Positions 59,875-64,000 of a stretch of 64,000 bases of DNA are shown here, in pieces. The translations under genes were made by a program, and so were the position numbers. The stretch's first letter is position 1; each line of letters begins with the position of its first letter. The stretch covers positions 1,612,001 to 1,676,000 of the forward strand of contig JASTWF010000035.1 in assembly GCA_030390025.1 (NCBI GenBank). Reading direction: 5' to 3'. Below the pieces are notes generated by a model, which was not told where the DNA came from, did not search any database, and saw nothing but the letters and a program-made list of their open reading frames with translations. The stretch is from Squalus acanthias (Eukaryota).

Positions 59875-62800
59875 AAAGTGCTATCCAGCCTAATCCCACT
59901 TTCCAGCTCTTGGTCCGTAGCCTTTCAGGTTACGACACTTCAAGTGCCTATCCAAGTACTTTTTAAATGAGATGAGGGTTTCTGCCTCCATCACTCTTTC
60001 AGGCAGTGAGTTCCTCTGGGTGAAGAAGGTTCTCCACAACACCCCCCAATCCTTCTACCAATTACTTTAAATCTATGCCCCCTGGTTATTGACCTCTCTG
60101 CTAAGGGAAATAGGTCCTTTCTATCCACTTTATCTAGGCCCCTCATAATTTTATACACCTCAATTAGGTCTCCCCTCAGCCTCCTCTGTTCCAAAGAAAA
60201 CAACCCCAGCCTATCCAGTATTTCCTCATGGTTAAAATTCTCTAGTGCTGGCAACATCCTGGGGTACGATAGCATAGTGGTTAATCCAGAAGCTTGAACT
60301 AATACTCCGGAGACGTGAGTTCAAATCCCACCATGGCAGCTGGGGAATTTAAATTCAGTTAATTCAATAAATCTGGAATAAAAAGGAGTAATGGTGACCA
60401 TGAAACTATTGGGAAAAACCCATCTGGTTCACTAATGTCCTTTAGGGAAATAAATCTGCCGTCCTTACCTGGTCTGGCCTATATGTGACTCCAGACCCAC
60501 AGCAATGTGGTTGACTCTTAACTGCCCTCTGAAATGGCCTAACAAGCTACTTAGTTGTAACAAACCGCTATGAAAAACAATAATAAGAATACAACTGGAC
60601 AGACCACCCGTCGTCGACCTAAGCACTGGCTTTGAACACAGCAATGCCGCACCCAGCCCAGTCGACCTTGCAACGTCTTCCTCACTAACATCTGGGGATT
60701 TGTGCCAAAATTGGGGGAGCTGTCCCACAGACTAGTCAAGCAACAGTCTGACATAGTCATACTCACAGAATCATTCCTTTAACCCAATGTCCCAAATTCC
60801 TCCATCCCCATCCGTGGGTCTGTCCTGTCCCACGGAGGCAGCGCAGAGGTATACATTCGGGAAGGAGTGGCCCTGCAAGTCCTCAACATTGACTCTGGAC
60901 CCCATGAAACTTTGGGTCAAGTATGGGCAAGGAAACCCCCTGCTGATTACCACCTACCGCCCTCTCTCAGCTGATGAATCAGTACTCCTCCATGTTGAAC
61001 AGCACTTGGAAGAAGCACTGAGGGTCTCAAGGGCACAGAATGTACTCTGGGTGGGGGATTTCAATGTCCATCACCAAGAGTGGCTCGGTAGCACCACTAC
61101 TGACCGAGTCCTGAAGGACATAGCTGCCAGACAGGGCCTGCGGCAGGTGGTGAGAGAACCAACACAAGGGAAAAAGCTACTTGACCTCGTCCTCACCAAT
61201 CTACCTGTCGCAGATGCATCTGTCCATGACAGCATTGGTAGCAGTGACCACTGCACAGTCATTGTGGAAACTAAGTCCTGTCTTCACACTGAGGACACCC
61301 TCCATCGTGTTGTGTGGCACTACTACCGTTCTAAATGGGATAGATTCAGAACAGATCTAGCAGCTCAAAACTGGGCATCCATGAGGCGCTGTGGGCCATC
61401 AGCAGCAGCAGAATTGTATTCCACCACAATCTCTAACCTCATGGCCCAGAATATCCCTCAGTCTACCATTACAATCAAGCCAGGGGTCAACCCTGGTTCA
61501 ATGAGGAGTGCAGAAGAGCATGCCATGAGCAGCACCAGGCGTACCTAAAAATGAGGTGCCAACCTGGGGAAGCTGCAACATAGGACTACATGCATGTTAA
61601 ACATTGGAAACAGCATGCTATAGGCAGAGTTAAACGATCCCACAGCCAACGGATCAGATCAAAGCTCCGCAGTCCTGCCACATCAAGCCGTGAATGGTGG
61701 TGGACAATTAAACAACTAACGGGAGGAGGAGGCTCCATGAATATCCCCATCCTCAATGATGGTGGAGCCCAGCACGTGAGTGCAAAAGACAAGGCTGAAG
61801 CGCTTGCAACCATCTTCAGCCAGAAGTGCCGAGTGGATGATCCATCTCAGCCTCCTCCTGAGGTCCCCACCATCACAGAAGCCAGTCTTCAGCCAATTTG
61901 ATTTACTCAACATGATATCAAGAATTGGCTGAGCGCATTGGATACAGCAAAGGCTATGGGCCCCGACAACATCCAGGCTATCATGCTGAAGACTTGTGCT
62001 CCAGAACTAGCCACACCTCTAGCCAAGCTGTTCCAGTCCAGCTAAAACATTTGCATTTTCCCGACAATGTGGAAAACTGCCCAGGTATGTCCTGCCCACA
62101 AAAAGCAGGACAAATACAATCTGGCCAATTACCGCAGTCTACTCTCAATCATCAGCAAAGTGATGGAAGGTGTCATCGACAGTGCTATCAAGCGGCACTT
62201 ACTCACCAATAACCTGCTCACTGATGCTCAGTTCAGGTTCCGCCAAGACAACTCGGCTCCAGACCTCATGACAGCCTTGGTCCAAGCATGGACAAAAGAG
62301 CTGAATTCCAGAGGTGAGGTGAGAGTGACTGCCCTTGACATCAAGGCAGCATTTGACCGAATGTGGCATCAAGGAGCCCTAGTAAAATTGAAGTCAATGG
62401 GAATCAAGGGGCAAACTCTCCATTGGCTGGAGTCATACCTAGCACAAAGGAAGATGGTTGTGGTTGTTGGAGGTCAATCATCTCTGCCCCAGGATATCGC
62501 TGCAGGAGTTCCTCAGGGCAGTGTCCCAGGCCCAACTATCTTCAGCTGCTTCATCAATGACCTCCCCTCCAACCTAAGATCAGATGTGGGGTTGTTCACT
62601 AATACTTGTACAGCGTTCAATTCCATTCACAACGCTTCAGATAATGAAGCAGTCCATGCCTGCATGCAGCAAGACCTGGACGACATTCAGGCTTGGGCTG
62701 ATAAGTGGCAAGTAACATTTGCGCCACACAAGTGACAGGCAATGACTATCTCCAACAAGCGAAAGTCTAACCACTGCCCCGTGATATTCACTGGCATAAC

Positions 62801-64000
62801 CATTGCTGAATCCCCCCACCATCAACATCCTGGGGATCACCATTGACCAGAAATGTAACTGGACCAGCCACATAAATACTGTGGCTACAAGAGCAGGTCA
62901 GAGGCTGAGTATTCTGCGGCGATTGTCTCACCTCCTGACTCCCCAAAGTCTTTCCACCATCTACAAGGCACAAGTAAGGAGTGTGATGGAATACTCTCCA
63001 CTTGCTTGAATGAGTGCAGCTCCAACAACACTCAAGAAGCTTGACACCATCCAGGACAAAGCAGTCCACTTGATTGGCATCCCATCTATCACCTTAAACA
63101 TTAACTACCTCCACCACCGGCGCACCGTGGCTGCAGTGTGTACCATCTACAAGATGCACTGCAGTAACTCGCCAAGGCTTCTTCAACAGCACCTCCCAAA
63201 CTCGCGACCTCTTCCACCTAGAAGGACAAGGGCAGCAAGCGCATGGGAACACCACCACCTCCAAGTTCCCCTCCACGTCACACACCATCTTGACTTGGAA
63301 ATATATCGCCGTTCCTTCATCGTCACTGGGTCAAAATCCTGGAACTCCCGACCTAATAGCAATGTGGGAGTACCTTCACCTGACGGAATGCAGTGGTTCA
63401 GGAATGCGGCTCACCACCACCTTTAGAGATGGGCAATAAATGCTGGCCTTGCCAGCGACGCCCACATCCCAGGACGGAATTTAAAAAAACATCCTCGTAA
63501 ATCTCCTCTGTACCCTCTCTAGTGCAATCACATCTCTCCTGTGCTGTGGTGACCATAACTGTACACAGGCTGTGGCCTAACTAGTGTTTTATGCAGTTCA
63601 AGTATAACATCCCTGCTCTTGTATTCTATGCCACGGCTAATAAAGGCAAGCATTCCGTATGCCTTCTTAACCACCTTATCTACCTGGCCTACTACCTTCA
63701 GGGATCTGTGGACATGCACTCCAAGGTCTCTCTGTCCTCTACAGTTCTCAGTATCCTATCACTTATTGTGTATTCCCTTGCCTAGTTAGCCCTCCCCAAA
63801 TGCATTACCTCACACTTCTCTGGGATAAATTCCATTTGCCACTTTTGTGCCCACCAGTCCATCGATATTTTCCTGCAGTCTACAGCTTTCTTCCTCACTA
63901 TCAACCACATGGCTAATTTTTTTATCTTTGGCAAACTTCTTAATCATGCCCCCTACATTGTAGCCTAAATCATTGATGTATATCACAAAAAGCAAGGGAC
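59875..64000 (-). mobile_element. CR1 (HER1-like) RT/3' region, host of the 60261-63487 insertion; runs off the window
   Basis: Matches 4672-5590 collinearly on both sides of the insertion. Confidence 0.88.
60261..63487 (+). mobile_element. Apparently full-length 3.2-kb CR1/L2-group LINE with a tRNA-like head and a single decayed APE-RT ORF
   Basis: TSD aacatcct at 60253-60260 and 63488-63495; A box 60270-60280, B box 60319-60327; EN (TNIWG..DIVILTES, YRP, GDFN, LDLV, SDH) from ~60680, then RT. Confidence 0.88.

Noticed and set aside
53683..64000. Next ADAM exon (..FSxCS, disintegrin domain)
   Set aside because: No matching phase-2 exon seen; the region is accounted for by repeats, so the exon probably lies beyond the window.

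Overview
Vertebrate genomic DNA, most likely from a cartilaginous fish (inferred from the V-SINE/HE1-like, DeuSINE-like and CR1/HER1-like repeats). The window holds three small + strand exons (3125-3291, 23632-23716, 53540-53682) of an ADAM metalloprotease gene with an intact [12 protein letters not shown] zinc site. They are separated by introns of about 20 kb and 30 kb made almost entirely of nested mobile elements. These include many CR1 LINEs, two Neptune-type Penelope-like elements (PLEs) with inverted arms and minimal hammerhead ribozymes, and a near-intact 4.1-kb Harbinger transposon (transposase plus spliced Myb/SANT gene). There are also a solo LTR, SINEs, and a ~16.6-kb GA-rich satellite containing a 500-N gap. 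The main leads are: (i) a TSD-bounded 3.2-kb LINE with a tRNA-like Pol III head, no ORF1 and almost no TTTT runs; (ii) two independent PLE insertions at near-identical CTGTATGYCTCTA targets; (iii) a 1.25-kb PLE inverted repeat with a fold-back hairpin at its junction; (iv) a tails-out inverted CR1 pair that replaced ~1.5 kb of its target. All calls were made by eye with no database searches, and boundaries of old repeats are approximate.
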